From Paraspadella gotoi (taxonomy: Eukaryota; Animalia; Chaetognatha), in assembly GCA_051294375.1 (NCBI GenBank), contig JBJCIZ010000950.1, positions 1 to 8,332 on the forward strand: a stretch of 8,332 nt of DNA, written 5' to 3'. Of this stretch, positions 7,795 to 8,332 are shown piece after piece. The position numbers were made by a program, and so were the translations under genes. Position 1 is the first letter of the stretch. Each line of letters opens with the position of its first letter. The notes under the pieces were generated by a model. That model was not told where the DNA came from. It did not search any database and was given only the letters and a program-made list of their open reading frames with translations.

Positions 7795-8332
7795 TTCGGC
7801 AAGCTGTAAAAAATGAATTGATTTAAAAAAGACAAAAAATTCCGAAAATGAAAATCTATACGTGTATTTTCATATCTTTCAAATGTTTTAAGACACGTGG
7901 GTTTCCTTTAAAAAAGAAAAAAAAAAGAAACGGGAAAATAAACAGCTCATTACGTCTTTCATAACATATTACAAACGTCAAAACAATCCGGCAAGGCATA
8001 CGAAATTTTTATTAAAAGGTTTTATCTATCATACTTTATTTTGAGCTGGAAGATATCGAATCATAAATTTAAAATACAATATTTCAAAGCGTACAATTCT
8101 GTACAAAATTCAAGTATCTTAGGTTGTATACAATAATGTATATTTTTATTGGAAGCATGCTTTCATTCCACATTCAAGCGAAATTTTTTATTATTATTTG
8201 AATTTAGTTCTCTCCAAACTGCGACAAAAACAAGTAACACAGATTTTGACACTTCAATTTGGTCCTTCATAATGTGTTTTTCACATTTATTTATTTTACT
8301 ATTATTACAAATTTTTTTCAAAATATATTTTT

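Noticed and set aside
1-8332. Prokaryotic or phage system (CRISPR array, defence operon, retron)
   Set aside because: Spliceosomal introns, a SINE, C2H2 arrays and TMEM170 show the DNA is eukaryotic. No repeat-spacer array or operon structure is present.

Overview
Eukaryotic, AT-rich, gene-dense genomic DNA with short GT-AG introns (about 56-122 bp). It is probably from an arthropod, judging by ZAD-like/C2H2 genes and a DINE-1-like repeat; the taxon is inference. The prokaryote-style ORF track is misleading, because the genes are spliced and broken by single-base indels every few tens of bases, mostly extra bases in or beside homopolymers. This is most consistent with unpolished long-read sequence. 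Reading across frames gives, in order: a tRNA-derived SINE (1-225, -); a DINE-1/Helentron-associated non-autonomous element (~245-625); a 4-exon TMEM170 homolog (829-1474, -); a gene with about 12 C2H2 fingers and a ZAD-like N-terminus (1692-3806, -); a short divergent gene with a ZAD-like region but no visible fingers (~4019-4470, +); an inverted pair of MITE-like elements with telomere-like TTAGGG motifs (4596-5094); and one or two poorly resolved minus-strand orphan genes (5395-7794) with weak MATH/TRAF-like motifs and a GC-rich low-complexity tail. No clearly new system is demonstrable from sequence alone. The best hypotheses are the head-to-head ZAD-ZNF / ZAD-only pair and the telomere-like fold-back element.
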